DNA of 64,000 bases. Source: Malacoraja senta (Eukaryota). The DNA is taken from assembly GCA_038087875.1 (NCBI GenBank), contig CM075988.1, positions 26,352,001 through 26,416,000 on the forward strand, written 5' to 3'. This document shows, one piece after another, positions 40,356 to 53,900 of this stretch (positions are counted from its first letter, which is position 1; each line of letters begins with the position of its first letter). The position numbers and the translations under genes are program-made. The notes below the pieces were generated by a model. It did no database searches and was not told the DNA's origin. It saw only the letters and a list, made by a program, of their open reading frames with translations.

Positions 40356-41429
40356 CTGTCAGAGAGAAGAGAAAGGGTTCAGTTAAGGGTACAGGCACGT
40401 GCTGGAATCCACAGCTTAAATGCAAGAACCGGGCAGCCAAAGAAGATCTGTAGAGGTACAGGAATGGTTCATGCAGTAGTGTGCCACCTACACCGGTCAG
40501 CTCGGTCTGGCCCAATGACTCCTCTTTGACTCAGTGTCCAATCTTGTCTGATGAGCAGCTGAGGACAATGTGCAGCCTTGAAGGTGATCTACAGAACTGT
40601 GCTATTATTATTAGGGAATTATGGATCTTAGCCACAGTTGACCCCCTGACATCCCGAGATCTTCTGACAAGGCCACACTGAGACATCTCTTCAGTTATTG
40701 CATCAAATATATGACCTTCACTCTTTACCTCAACTCCATCTCCAAGCCCGTCTCAATGTGCTGCTGTATCGATCCCGGGCGTCAGGCAAACACTTGCATT
40801 CAAACTTTTATTTGGACAAAGTTCACAGGATAATAATGCGATAACAATACAATCCCAGCACACCAATGAAGCAGACATGAGGACAAGTGGACAGCAGCTC
40901 AGTGACCTTCCCTTCAAAATAACATTGTTAAGGAGGAAATTAGATTTCATTTATTCATTCACAGGGTGTAGGCATTGTTGGGCAATGCTGCCAACATCTG
41001 TCCATCCATAAATGCCCCTGAACTAGGGAGGCAGTTAAAAGTCACCATTTTAGCAAATGTCCTCAGTTGAAGTGTATCAGTTAAGCAACCGTGCTTTTTT
41101 TTTTGTAACAATTTATTTTTAATTCCTGGAATTAGTTTTTAAAAATCCAGGTATTATTGAATTGCCTGTGTATAGATAAGCTAGACTATCATGATGGGAT
41201 TGGACTCACAATTCAGGATAAAAGTCCAGAACTCTAGTTCCCACAGCAAGACAGCCAGAACCTTGTTCAGGGTTGAATTGTCAAAGACTAGAGGCCATAG
41301 CTTTCAGGTCAGAGGGGGGCAAGTTGAAAGGAGGTGTGTGGGGAATTCTTTCACACAGAGGGTGGGAGGTGCCTGGGCTTCAGTGTAACAGTGCAGGAGG
41401 CAACAGATAGAAAGATCAGAGTGGTTTTA

Positions 41430-41770
41430 GATTGAGGTTTCGGTGTACTGAAGGATGCTTGCATGCTATCTAATCACATTACATAATACTTTACCATAAT
41501 ACAATCTAGGCAATCTCAAGTCCCATAGGTAGAGCAAAGGGAAGGATACAGAGTGCAGAGTATAGATCTCAGCATCATAGTGCATCAGACAAAGTCCAAT
41601 GTCCGCGATGAGGGTGGAGGTGAATCGGACAGTGCCCTACCTTATGGAAGAGCCAATCGAAAGCTTGATTACGGAGGGGAAGAAACGGTTCCTGAGTCTG
41701 GTGGTATGCACTTTCAAGCTTCTGTACCTTCTGCCGGATGGGAGCAGGGAGACGGAATGACCGGGGTGGG
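41430..41770 (-). mobile_element. Rex1/Babar-like LINE 3' end (related tails near 20350-20660, 26600, 30410, 45290)
   Basis: Reverse strand encodes PSGRRYRSLKVHTTRLRNRFFPSVIKL. Confidence 0.6.
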
Positions 41771-42047
41771 ACAAGGTGGTGAATTACAGAGACAGGACAT
41801 GCAATCAGCACCTCAAGATCACTCCAGCACACAGACGGGTTGTGGCCTTTATCAGTCAATCGGTCCTGACCTGAAACATCATCTGCCCATTTACTGTGGC
41901 TGCACAGATGCTGCCTGGCCCGTGAGGTAGCAGCTAATGCAGTCTCTTGTGTCTCCACCCAATCAGTGTTTGGCTTCACCTGGTAAGTCACTCAGTCCAG
42001 GGGGCAATTCAGGAACAACAACAAACTGCCTGCCTGCCTCTCTATAA

Positions 42048-42698
42048 ATGTATAAAATCACAAAAGGGATAGATCGGGTAGATGCACACAGTCTCTTGCC
42101 CAGACTAGGTGAATCGAGGACCTGAGGACACAGGTTTATGGTGAAGGAGAAAAGATTTAATAGGAATCTGAGGGGTAACATTTTCACACAAAGGGTGGTG
42201 GGTGTATGGAACAAGCTACCAGAGGAGGTAGTTGAGGCTGGGACTATCCCAACATTTAAGAAACAGTTAGACAGGTACATGGATAGGACAGGTTTGGAGG
42301 GATATGGACCAAATGGGGCAGGTGGGACTCGTGTAGCTGGGACATGTTGGCCTGTGTTGGCAGGTTGGGACAAAGGGCCTGTTTTCACGCTGTATCACTC
42401 TATGTCTACATTTGTCTCTGCAACAACCTATTAAATATATATTACTGAAATCTCACTGGAGTTGTTGGTGCCAATGATGGAACAGTTTCAGTCCATTCGC
42501 TAATGAATTATAGATTGTTTCATTAGTAAATATATTTAATATTCTCCAAACTCACTTCCCCCTTTATGTTAATAAATCATACTCATTTTTATTCCTTCTG
42601 GTGGGACAATCTGTCAAACCTGAAGTCAATAAAAGATATTCCCTTCTAGAACTAGTTGCTGGAGTAACTCATCTGGTCAGGCAGCATCTGTGGAGAAC
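42048..42698 (+). repeat. Copy B of an inverted ~660-bp composite duplication (SCN2B intron 2)
   Basis: CR1 3' fragment, unique segment and PLE repeat arm. The CR1 5' truncation point is the same as in copy A. Confidence 0.9.
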
Positions 42699-43300
42699 AC
42701 AAGCAGACAATGTTTCAGGTCGGGAACCTTCTTCAGACCTGATCCATTTGTTCACATCTCCACAGACACTGTCTGACCCGCTGAGCTAATCCAGCACTTT
42801 GTGGTTTTTATATTTGTAAACCAGCGCCTGCAGTTTATCTGCAAACCCTCCATAAATATTCCTTTCATCTCTCACTCACAGACAAGAACACTCCCATTGG
42901 TCAGCTGAAGGCCAGGGCACAACGGCCGTAATTAAACACTTTGCTAAGATTAAATATTAATATCCATTTATCACCAATTTTCTTCATACATTTGCAGCAA
43001 ATTAGGAGTTGGATAGCAAATTGACATTAGTTCCTTTTATAATATATTTACGACATCTAGAATGGGTTAACTGAGGAGATTTCCACCAACACGTCTATCA
43101 CTGGGGCAGAGTGAAGAGTGGAGTTTATCCTGTTGATTCAGCCAAAGGAACAACACAGCTATCAGTCCAACTGTCCTTCAGTTAGTCTGCAGACAGTTGA
43201 AGTGGCCGCTGGATTCAGTAACATGTCCACCTCTATCTCATCAACGTTTATTGTTTCATTCTCTTGAATGAAGAATTGAATCAAAAGCCGGAACACTCAC

Positions 43301-43467
43301 ACGGTCTTCTGTGCAGTTATCACATTCCTGGTAGGTCCAGTTTAAGGAGAAGTGTTTGTTGTTGACCTCATAGCATGAGTTGAAGGTGCAGGTCAGCTTG
43401 GCTGATGTCCCATTCAGCTTGATGAGGTGCGGTGTGACCATCACGTCCATTCCTGAGCCAAGGTGGA
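43301..43467 (-). CDS. SCN2B: Sodium channel beta-2 subunit, exon 2
   Basis: CTGTAG acceptor and GTGAGT donor, 167 nt. LNGTSAKLTCTFNSCY...FSLNWTYQECDNC closely matches the beta-2 motifs CTFNSCY and FSLNWTYQECNNC. Confidence 0.96.
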
Positions 43468-43517
43468 CTACAGCGACGGAAAGGAGAAGAAGCCATCAGA
43501 AAACAAATACCTCTAGG

Positions 43518-43800
43518 TTCAGTTTAGTTTAGAAGTGTAGCACGGAAACAGGCCCTTCGGCCCACCGAGTCCACGCCAACCGTCAACCACTCGTTCACAC
43601 TGGTTCTATGATATCCCAACGTCACATCCACTCCCTACACACGAGGGTCAAATCTACAGAGACCGATTAATGTAGAAACCTGCACGTCTTTGGCAGGCGG
43701 GACCCGGAGGAAACCCACATAGTCACAGGGAAAACGTGTAAACTCCACAAGGACAGCACCTGAGGTCAGGATGGAACTCCAGTCTCTGTGCCACTGTGCA
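43518..43800 (-). mobile_element. V-SINE copy (SCN2B intron 1, about 50 nt from the exon 2 acceptor)
   Basis: Reverse complement of the same SINE with a partial head deletion. Confidence 0.75.
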
Positions 43801-45769
43801 ATCCTACTGTTTCCAAACTGAAGAACAGAGACAGTCTTCACAACCATGATTTGAGGGACAGTTTAGTGAGGAGGCTGCGAACATCCTTTCCCATTATTTG
43901 AAGCTACAAAGGGTTAATGGTCGAATATTAGTGAGGCCACGGTATCCAAGGCAACAATAATATAGAGGCTCTAAAAATGTTCTTTTAACCCCCAGTCTAT
44001 TTCATAGGGGAAATGACGTAGCCATGAAGCTTTTCACAGTGTCTCGGTAAACGTGACAATAGACTTAACCGTAGTAACCATATAATGTGATTATTAGGCC
44101 TGATGACAAAGGTTTGTCTATATTTACAATTGGGAGAGGCAGTAATGGTGGAATCGGCAGGCAGCCTATCTGTGGGGTCTGGTAGACAACCTTCTTGTCA
44201 AGGTATCTGCATCATCAGCCCTCCCATTGCAGGCTACATGCAGCATTAACTGCACCAGTTTCTCTGCCGCTGTCATCCTGCACTTGTGCCTTTGCCCATT
44301 GCAGCTTTATTTACATATTGCTGCACTCGAAAAAAAAGCTCAGTGTCTCTCTCTCCCGCCGGCATCAATGAGTGGCCGGAGCTGCCGCTGGACTGCTGAC
44401 TCTGCAACTCATAGTCACTGCTGCTACGCTGGGCCTATCCTCAAACTGCTGCAATAGACCAGCCACTCCTCACTAAATACTTAAAGCAATCGCATCCTGT
44501 CTTTCAGCTCCGACTGTCTAATGTCAGCTTTCTGGTGAACAGGGCTTCAGATGAGAGTTGATTTTTTCAGGAGAGACTCAGGAGATATTCTGGCAATGTG
44601 CGTACTCTCTCAATGCAGAGACAGTGACAGATCAAGGACTTTGTTCAAACGGAGCTCATGTCATCAGTAAAACTAGGAATGTCCTCACGCAGTTAAGTCA
44701 TGGACCCTTGTTTCCAACAACCTGAGAGAGGATGGATGTATTTCACAGACAACTCGTAATGCCAACCCAGGGAAGTGTGGATAAACGTGATGCCACAGAG
44801 TCAATATAAAGAACCTTAGGTACCAGATTATTCCGAACTGGGAGGATGGAGCTGGATGCGTTAAGAACGATTCTCTGTAAACTCCCATGGGCTGTTCTCC
44901 ACACACACACACACACACACAATCAAAAAGTGAATGTACTGCAAGAAAACTACCAGAAACTATCTGAATGACAAAATACTGTCACAGCTCCCCTCCATGT
45001 CCGCTGGACGAAGAACCAGTCGGGAGAGTTAATTGCCAGTGAACATGGACCCTCCTACACTGGAAGCTGACTCACGGAACAGTTTCTTCTCAGCCTCCCC
45101 TCTGGACACCAGGCCCATCCCCACTGACAGTGGACAATGAAGTAGGTTGAAAATCTCCCTGCCCTTAATTAAATGATGGTGCAGCAGGAAGGCAAAGGTA
45201 AGTGGAGGCATTACCACAACGTCTAAGGAGTTATTAGTAACAATAATGAATCAAGTGTTTGTAAGTAGTGATCAACTATGCTCTAATTGGATGTTACTGG
45301 ACTTTACCTTGCACTAAAGGTTATTCCCTTTATCCTGTATCTGTACACTGTGGACGGCTGGATTGTAATCATGTACGGTCTTTCCACTGCCTGGATAGCA
45401 CGCAACAAAAAAGCTTTTCATTGTACTCTGGTACACATGACAATAAAGCAAACTAAACTACAGTGAGCTCATGAACTTGTTTCACAGATGTACCTGAGAG
45501 AGATATCATAATCGCGTGGCCTCATCAGGACCGGCAGCATTGTCAGGGTTAACACTGGGATAATAAAGGCAGCTTTGCTCTGATTCTAACTGATGCTGTT
45601 CCTACTCTGGAACCATTTTTGATCATAAGCTCATATGTGATAGGAGCAGAATTAGGCCATTCAGCCCATCAAGTCTACTCAGTAATTCAATCATGGCTGA
45701 TCTATCTCTCCCTCCTAACCCCATTCTCCTGCCTTCTCCCGATAACCTCATGATGGAACAACGTAGAAG

Positions 45770-46100
45770 GGTGTCCCGGTTACTAGAGCTGCTGCCTCAC
45801 GGCTCCAGCAGCCCAAGTTCAATCCTGACCTCTGGTGCTGTCTGTGTGGAGTTTGCATGGTCTCATCTGACCATGCACGTGTCCTCTGAGTCCCCCCGTT
45901 TCACCCATACCCCATAAATATGGCTGCGGGTAGGTCAATTGTCCACTGTACCTTGCCCTTAGTGACTCGACGAGTGATGGCATCTGGGAATGTGGGACAA
46001 TAAAGATGGATGAGATAGGATTGTGATACATTGGGAGGCTGGTGGTCGGTGTTGACTTGATGGGCTGAAGAGTGCATTTCCTGCATCTCTCTATCAGCTT
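45770..46100 (+). mobile_element. Degenerate V-SINE copy
   Basis: gttcaatcctgacctctggtgctgtctgtgtggagtttgcatg motif plus tail. Confidence 0.65.
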
Positions 46101-46524
46101 TAACCTGTTTCTAACAGAGCATTAACTAATACTTGGATCACAGACAGAGGCATCTGGCCCAGCAAGTCTATGTTAGTGTTAATGTTCCATACATCTCCTC
46201 CAACCCTCCAAATCCAACCCACCCAGATATCTCCTGCTCTACACCCCCCAGTGTCAGTTATACCCACCACGGTCAGTTATACCCACCACGGGTCAGTTAC
46301 CGATGGAGACTGGCACTGGTTGCAGCTGCATTTCTGTGCATCCTTATCCAACTGCCCCTGATTCTGCTCAAGACCTGAATTATTTCCTGTGGGAGCAAGT
46401 TCCACATTCTGACCACTGGATAACAATTTGTTCCTGATTATATTTATCCGTGATTACCATTGGCATAACTGGGAGCATTCCCAAGGAGCTGACCACAACA
46501 CAAGGAGCTGAGCACAACACAAGG

Positions 46525-47122
46525 AACTGACCACAAGTACTATGGTGAGCGTTGGGGTTGCGAGGTCATGCGGCAGTTATATGAGACGTTGGCGAGGCCA
46601 CATTTGCGTTCAGTTTTGGTCACCATGTTATATGAAAGATGTTGTCAAGCTGGAACGGGTGCAGAAAAGATCTATGAGAATGTTTGCTGGGACTTGAGGG
46701 CCTGAGCTATAGGGACAGGATGAGCAGGTTAGGACTTTATTACTTGGAGCGCAGGAGGACAAGGGGAGATCTCATAGAGGTGTATAAGGTCAGGTAAACG
46801 CAGAGTCTCTTGCCCAGAGTAGGGGAATCGAGAACCAGAGGATATAGGTTTAAGGTGAAGGGGGAAACATTTAATAGGAAACTGAGGGGTATCTCTTTCA
46901 CACAAAGGGTGGTGGGTGCATGGAACAAGCTGCCAGAGGAGGTAGTTGAGGCTGGGACTATCGCAATGTTTAAGAAACATTTAGACAGGTACATGGATAG
47001 GACAGGTTTGGAGGGACATGGGCCAAACACGGGTAGGTGGGACTAGTGTAGCTGGGACATGTTGGTCGGTGTGGGCAAGTTGGGCCGAAGGGCCTGTTTC
47101 CACACTGTACCACTCTGTGACT
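46525..47122 (+). mobile_element. CR1 LINE 3' fragment
   Basis: PRVGESRTRGYRFKVKG...WNKLPEEVVEAG peptide. Confidence 0.88.
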
Positions 47123-48472
47123 CCTTTCAAGTTACAGGAGCAGCCTCTAATTGGTGCATTAACTGCCACTGGTGCTCAATGTTCAGATAGGAATTGGATC
47201 CTCTGACCTGACCTGAAGCCCAGCTCCGAGTATGAGTTGGTGGCAGGTAACACGGATTTCATAAAAATAACTCATATTTTTGGACATTTTTCTAAATTAC
47301 CACAGACTCTAGGATAAACCTGGACCGTTGCCTCTTAAAACCACCTCTATACTCGCAAACATCTCAAAGTCAACTCTATCCAACTCATTTACCTTTAGAC
47401 TTTAGAGGTACATTGTGGCAACAGACCTTTCAGCCCACCGAGTCCGTGACAACTAGCGATCACCTGTACACTAGCCCTATCCTACACTCTAGGGCAATTC
47501 ACAATTTACAAAAACCAATTGAACTACAAACCTGTACGTCTTTGGAGTGTGGGAGAAAACCCGCACGGTTCCAGGGAGAACATTAATATAGGATTGGTGT
47601 AAATGGGTGGCTGATGGTTGACATGGACTCCATGAGCTGAAGGGCCTTGTTTACATGCTGTATGTTTCTATCGGCCTATGACTGAGGCTGCAGAAAATGT
47701 AGGAGAGGGATAGAGTAGTTGAGACTGGTGGGGATTGTGAGTGGAGAGGGGAGGGGAGCAAAGTAAGTCTGGTGGAACGAGGAGGGTGAGAATAGTGGGG
47801 CAATAAAGGAGGAAATGTCAATCTGAAAGTTTGGAGCAAAGGCTTGGGGGGAGGGTAGGGAGTGAGGGAGTGAGCATCAAAGGTGGGTGATGCTGAGGGA
47901 GGTAATGTGGGCAGGAGGACGGGGGAACATGGGGGAAACAGCGAGGGAGGTGAGACAGAAAGTAGTGTGTGACTGAGTTTGGAGGGATAGAGGGAGGGGG
48001 AGGGAGGGGGAGGGAGGGGGGAGGGTGGGAGGGGGGAAGGCGGGGGAAGGGGAGGGGAAGGAGGGGGGAGGGAGTGAGCACCTTCTCATCATGCTATGGC
48101 TACACGCCAGCAGCAAGCAGCATTTATGTTTTGATTCCAGTAGTGGACTAATTATAGTCTGTATCCTGTTTATGTAATAAAAGCAGTGGGAAATGTGTTA
48201 CAATAGAGGCTGGGGGGGAGGAAGTTGCATGGAGCAAGTGAACTAGTCCAACATTGGAGGCTGCATGCTCAAAACACAGTCATGTGGGTGAAGTGTTTGG
48301 GAGAACAAATGAGACCAGAAAGAATGAAAACACAACTACGTAGTCAGCATTGAACTTGAGTTATAAAAACCTGAAACAGTAACAGCAATCCAGTGCATTG
48401 ACAGCACGCCATTGTTCATCTGTAATTAACTTCTCTCCGTGTCAATGATGCAGGGTCACCATCAGACTTGCG

Positions 48473-48790
48473 GTGTAGGAATGAACTGCTGTTTACACTG
48501 AAGATAGACACAAAAAGCTGGAGTAACTCAGCGGGACAGGCAGCATCTCTGGATAGTGGGAATGGGTGACCTTTCAGCCCAAGACCCTTCTTCAGACTTG
48601 CTGTGTTTTGCTAGTTGCCCCATCCCCATACAGCTGGACCTGGACCTTGCTCTGTGTGTGACTATAGGTCAGTCTGAAGAGGAGTCTCAACCTGAAATGT
48701 CACCTATCCACGTTCTCCAGAGATGCTGCCTGAGTTACTCCAGCACTTAGTGTTCTGTTTTGTACTAAGCAGCATGTGCAGTTCCACTAT
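48473..48790. mobile_element. Inverted pair of PLE terminal repeats with a ~70-bp spacer
   Basis: Minus copy 48473-48600 and plus copy 48671-48790. No clear TSD seen, so these may be two independent insertions. Confidence 0.6.
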
Positions 48791-50212
48791 TCTCATCAAT
48801 ATGCCTCAGTCAATTAGATCCCTCTATTCCTCTGTGATTGAGTTACCACATGTGTTGCTGCAGTAACCCATGGTCTGTAGAAACTCTACAGCCATCTAGT
48901 GGTTATTCAGCATTGATAAGCATTAAACATTCCAGATGAAGGATTATTATTTTGTTGGCGAATGTACACATTATAGGTTCCAGAGCAGATCTTATCTTAT
49001 ATCGTGATTCACCAAGTACATACAGAATGTGACCTTATTTAAACAAATCCTCAGATGTTGCCGTCCAGGGTTATGGACAGATTCCACACTGACCTTGTGA
49101 TAACAAGCCATTATTAATGAAGGAAGACCATTTCCGGAGCAGATGATGCTGTTGGAGATAGAGCCTGAGGAAGTCCTGCTGCAGTACCTGCAGGTTGGGA
49201 TCATAAACCACAGCATCCATGTGTGCAAGATATGACTCCAACCATTGCATGTAGAGGGGAGGGGAGCAAAGTATTCTCACCCTCCTCGTTCCATCAGATG
49301 TACTTTGCTCCCCTCCTCTCCCCTCTACACTAAATATCCCTTTAGTTCCAACTGTCCAATTTTAGCAAGCCTCCTTGAGGCCACAATTGATGTCAAGGAC
49401 AGTCACTCCAATTTCACCTCTGGAATACAGCTCATTGAATCAAATTTTATCAAAGAATGTGAAAGGTTTGGAGTTGAGTGGGTCTAGTGAAAGCCAAACT
49501 GAGATATTGGTGAGGTGCACTACTGAATTAGTGCAGTTGATGTGGACTGATTGGGCCATAGTTAGTTAATAGTTGCACCTCTCTTGTGAAAACATCGACA
49601 GTGTAGTCATTCCTAGGGTGATTGAAAAGTGTTGGCTGCAGAGTACAACTGTATCTCACATTGGCTCTCTGCCCACAACATTTAAAGTTCATCATCTATA
49701 TAGTCTTGCCTCTTCCTGCCTGCAGACCCTAATTCTACAATTCCCTTCATGACTGGGGCCACTTTGATGATTCAGCTCTGGTGACTCTGCCTTCAGTCAT
49801 TAGGCCTCTGCTCTCGAATGTTTCCCTAAAATTCTCTGCCATTCTATCTCTCCCCCTCTTCTTTTTTCTACACTCTTTGAACAGTTGGTTAAATATCAAC
49901 TTCTGAATAATTTGTTCACCACTTACTTAAACCTTCCCTTCTTTCATTAGTTGTGGGTGCCACTGACATGGCCAGCATTTGATGCTCATTATCCTTAAGA
50001 AGGTGGTGGTGACCATTATCCCATAGGCATGATATGCAATGGCGGATTTGGATACAGTCCCAACGAAGGGACAATGATGCATTTCCATTTCAGGATGATG
50101 GGTCTCGAGGAGTTGTCATCATTCCCAACGACCTGGTGCTCTTGTGGTAAAGGTTACAAGTGTGGAAAGTGTTAATGAGGAAACCTTGGCAAATTGCAGG
50201 AATATATTCTCT

Positions 50213-50945
50213 AGAAGATAGACACAAAATGCTGGAGTAACTCAGCGGGACAGGCAGCATCTCTGGAGAGAAGGAATGGGTGACGTTTCGGGTCGAGACC
50301 CTTCTTCAGACTGATGTCAGGGGAGAGGGCGGGACAGAGATAGAATGTAGTCGGAGACAGTAAGACTGGTGGGAAAACTGAGAAGGGGAGGGGATGGAGA
50401 GAGAGGGAAAGCAAGGGCTATTTGAAGTTAGAGAAGTCAATGTTCATACAGCTGGGGTGTAAGCTGCCCAATATGAGATGCTGTTCCTCCAATTTGAACT
50501 GGGCCTCACTCTGACAATGGAGGAAGCCCAGGACTGAAAGATCAGTGTGGGAATGGGAGGGGGAGTTAAAGTGTTTAGCAACCGGGAGATCCGGTAGGTT
50601 TAGGCGGACTGAGCGGAGGTGTTCAGCGAATCGATCGCCGAGCCTGTGCTTGGTCTTGCCGATGTACAGTAGTCCACACCTGGAGCAACGGATACAGTAA
50701 ATGAGGCTGGAGGAGGTGCAAGTGAACCTCTGCCTCACCTGAAAGGACTGTCGGGGTCCTCGGACGGAGTCAAGGGGGGAGGTATTGGGACAAGTGTTGC
50801 ATCTCTTGTGGTTGCAGGGGAAAGTATCGGGGGAGGAACGGGAAGGGACGAGTTGACCAGGGAGTTGCAGAGGGAACGGTCTCTGCGGAAAGTGGAAAGG
50901 GGTGGAGATGGGAAGATGTGGGATCTACCAGTGGGATCCCGTTGG
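50213..50945 (-). mobile_element. Penelope-like retroelement 3' fragment: GIY-YIG endonuclease remnant plus terminal repeat
   Basis: ORF 50418-50738 FTCTSSSLIYCIRCSRCGLLYIGKTKHRLGDRFAEH is the PLE GIY-YIG/CCHH signature. It is followed by a pyrimidine-rich spacer and the ~100-bp repeat at 50312-50213. Confidence 0.9.
50282..50309 (-). ncRNA. Minimal type-I hammerhead ribozyme-like motif in the PLE terminal repeat
   Basis: Minus strand reads CTGAAGA-A-GGGT(CTCG)ACCC-GAAA-CGTC: core boxes, stem II, palindromic ACGU stem III and GUC triplet. Stem I is only about 2 bp, so activity is unproven. Confidence 0.6.
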
Positions 50946-53900
50946 ATATCCAGTGAATATCCAGGATGGTAGAGGGGCTGACAGTCGAGTAGGTTGATCT
51001 CTTTTGGATTATATCAAGTTTCTTGAATGTGTTTGGAAATGCACTTAATCAGACAGTGAAGATGGCCCTCACACAACCCTGACTTGTTACTCATGCAGGC
51101 TGGGAACAAGGAGTTGCATCACTCATCATATAATAGCCATCATCCGACCCGCTCTTGTAACCATCGTATTCATCGTTGTGTTGCCATCAATCTCTGTGTC
51201 CAATTTAATTCTTGTAAAGTAACGGAGTACATTAAAGGTGGTTTATAAATGGAAATGGATAAATGGAAGGTTGACGGTTTGAGCAGTAAAATGTTGGTGT
51301 GGAATGGAAGAAAACCACAGCTAATAGTCTTTGTTCTCTGACAAGGAGAGTGTGCAAGGCCAAATACATTCAATTCTTTTATGGGTGAGTATGTTGAATA
51401 GACTATTGGAAAACCAGGAAATGGAGAAAGGAAACAGATCATCACTAAATGTGTAATATCAATTAGATGGACGCATCCCCAGGATGTAGGTTATTGAAGG
51501 TTGGAGTGATATCAGTTGTTTAATTTTGTGATGGGAACAATGAGTGTTGTAGAGAGATGGAGAGATCAAAAAATGTTGTACATCATCTTCCACAGACCTG
51601 AAACTTTAACTCGGTTTTCCTCTATTGACATAGATTTTCACGATATATTGATAAACTTGGTTAGTACCCAGGGTGGGGGATGGGTGAGATGTGGGGAATT
51701 AGTGAGTCAGAGAGGAGTCAATAGATGAAGTTAGTACTCCATGGAAGTTCTTGTGCGTCAGAGAGAGATCAATATATCTGGTGATTTTTGGAAGGAATGA
51801 AAGTGTCATGGAGAAATCAATAGATTAGATCAGTCCCTGGGGAAAAATGTTGCCAGAGAGAAAAATCAAAGGAATATTAATTTCCATGCAGGAATTATCA
51901 AGGGATAGACAGGGATCAATAGGTTTGATTATTTCCGACTGGGAAAGAGTGAAAGAGATATCATTCAGTGTGAGCGAGTGATTGATGCCAATATATGTCG
52001 ATTGTGGAAGGAGCTAAGATTAATGGCTTAATGTTCGCTCCAAGCTTTCACAATTTTTCAAAAAGGTTTACCAATGATAATTACAATCAGATTACACTTT
52101 TATAATCTATACACCAAAAGGAAAAATGATGTGCTGATGTTAGCAATTATGTATGCAAATTCCCACTATTTAACTATTAAGAATTGCAATGTGGACTACT
52201 TTTGAAGCAAATGTTTAAAAAGGGCATTAAACTAAATTGAGCTGCAACTGCTCCTCCAATCCCATAGATGGAAAGCAAACAATTACAAGTGTTATCATTC
52301 TAAGCACCATCGACCTGATATAGTATCTGTTTCTCTCTCCACAGATGCTGAGTGTCTCCAACAGATGGAGCTGCATCAACTTCTGGGACGTGATCGGCAC
52401 TTCAATAGTACTTGCCTTGACCTCTGGAGATTCTTAAAATTCACATCTTTACAAAGGCAACACAACGGCCAATATACACACGGCAAGGCAACACAGACAG
52501 AATGATCACAGTCAAATAGTTGCCTAGAAATTCAACTCCAAAATAAACGCACCATTGCCACCTCGGTTCCCCCAACTTCTGATAGGTTTGCTACCATATA
52601 ACTCATCAAATAACTGGTATTACTCTTGAGGCAGTCTTGTTTTATTGACGTTAGTTCAGAGCTAAAGATTGGCCAAGAACCACAGAACAAATCTTCCTGC
52701 TGTTCACCTGAGAGTTTAATATCTCATTGAAAAGGCTGTAATACCTAAATGAAAAAGGGTCTCGACCCGAAACGTCACCCATTCCTTCTCCCCAGAGATG
52801 CTGCCTGTCCTGCTGAATTACTCCAGCTTTTTGTGTCTATCTTCAGTTTAAACCAGCATCTGCAATTCCTTCCTACACAAACCTCAAGACTCCCTGAGTA
52901 CTGCACTAAGGGCATCAAATTAGATCATCTCTGAATTCAGATTTGAACCACTTTGGACTTAATTGTATCGGGACAAATAATGTTTCTTAACAGGGAGTTT
53001 TATTATCTTAATCTGTATTTCTATACTACCAGAATTCAAACATTAAGAGCAAACAAATTTAGTGATCTGTTTTTATTTACTCATGTTAAGGGGCGTCACT
53101 TTTAGGAATTTATTAGTAGACTAATCAATCACTTGGGTTGTCAGGGAAACCACATCATAGCTGCCTGCTACCAGGCCTGATAGTTTTCAGCAGCAATACA
53201 AATAATCAGTCCATTCCCAGGAGCGATATCAAACGGTCAACACCATTCCATATAAAGAGATACAAAGACAAGCCCAAAAGCAGAGTCAAAGAAGAGGGAA
53301 GATGGAGCTATGAGGGCAACTGTTTCAGGCTTACGGTGTTAAGGACATGGTTGCTAAGGTGGGGTGAGGACAATTGGGATCTTGTCCACCCATTCCAAGT
53401 GTAGCTGCACACAACTATATGCAGTGGGTCAGTGTCAATGGAAGAACTTCAACAGGGCCATGAATTATTGACAGCCTTTCCATGATGTGAAGGTCTTGCA
53501 GGTCCTGGTGTAATCGTTTCATAATCGATTTGCCACACTCATGCAAAAAGCCACAGATTATTAAGGATTTTTAATTTGTGAAGATGTACAAAAACAATGG
53601 ATGCCTTTGACTGTGTTTTCCCATTTCACCACAGCTAGTCCTGTAGCATCAACCTCTCCCAGAACAAGAAGGGTCCACATACAAACACATTTACCACAGG
53701 TTGAGTTTCATTGGCAGTTGCTCAAAGATGCAAACACAGGGAAGGATGAAAGTGTCGGTGATAATGCAAGATGCAATTCAGTCACTTTTATTTTGCTCTG
53801 TGTCCATCAGTTGGGCATGTCCATCCCTTTAGTTCAGGTTTCAGCATTGGCAGGAATTCATGCTTTATTCCCACCTCCGGACTCTGTCAAGGCACACAAT

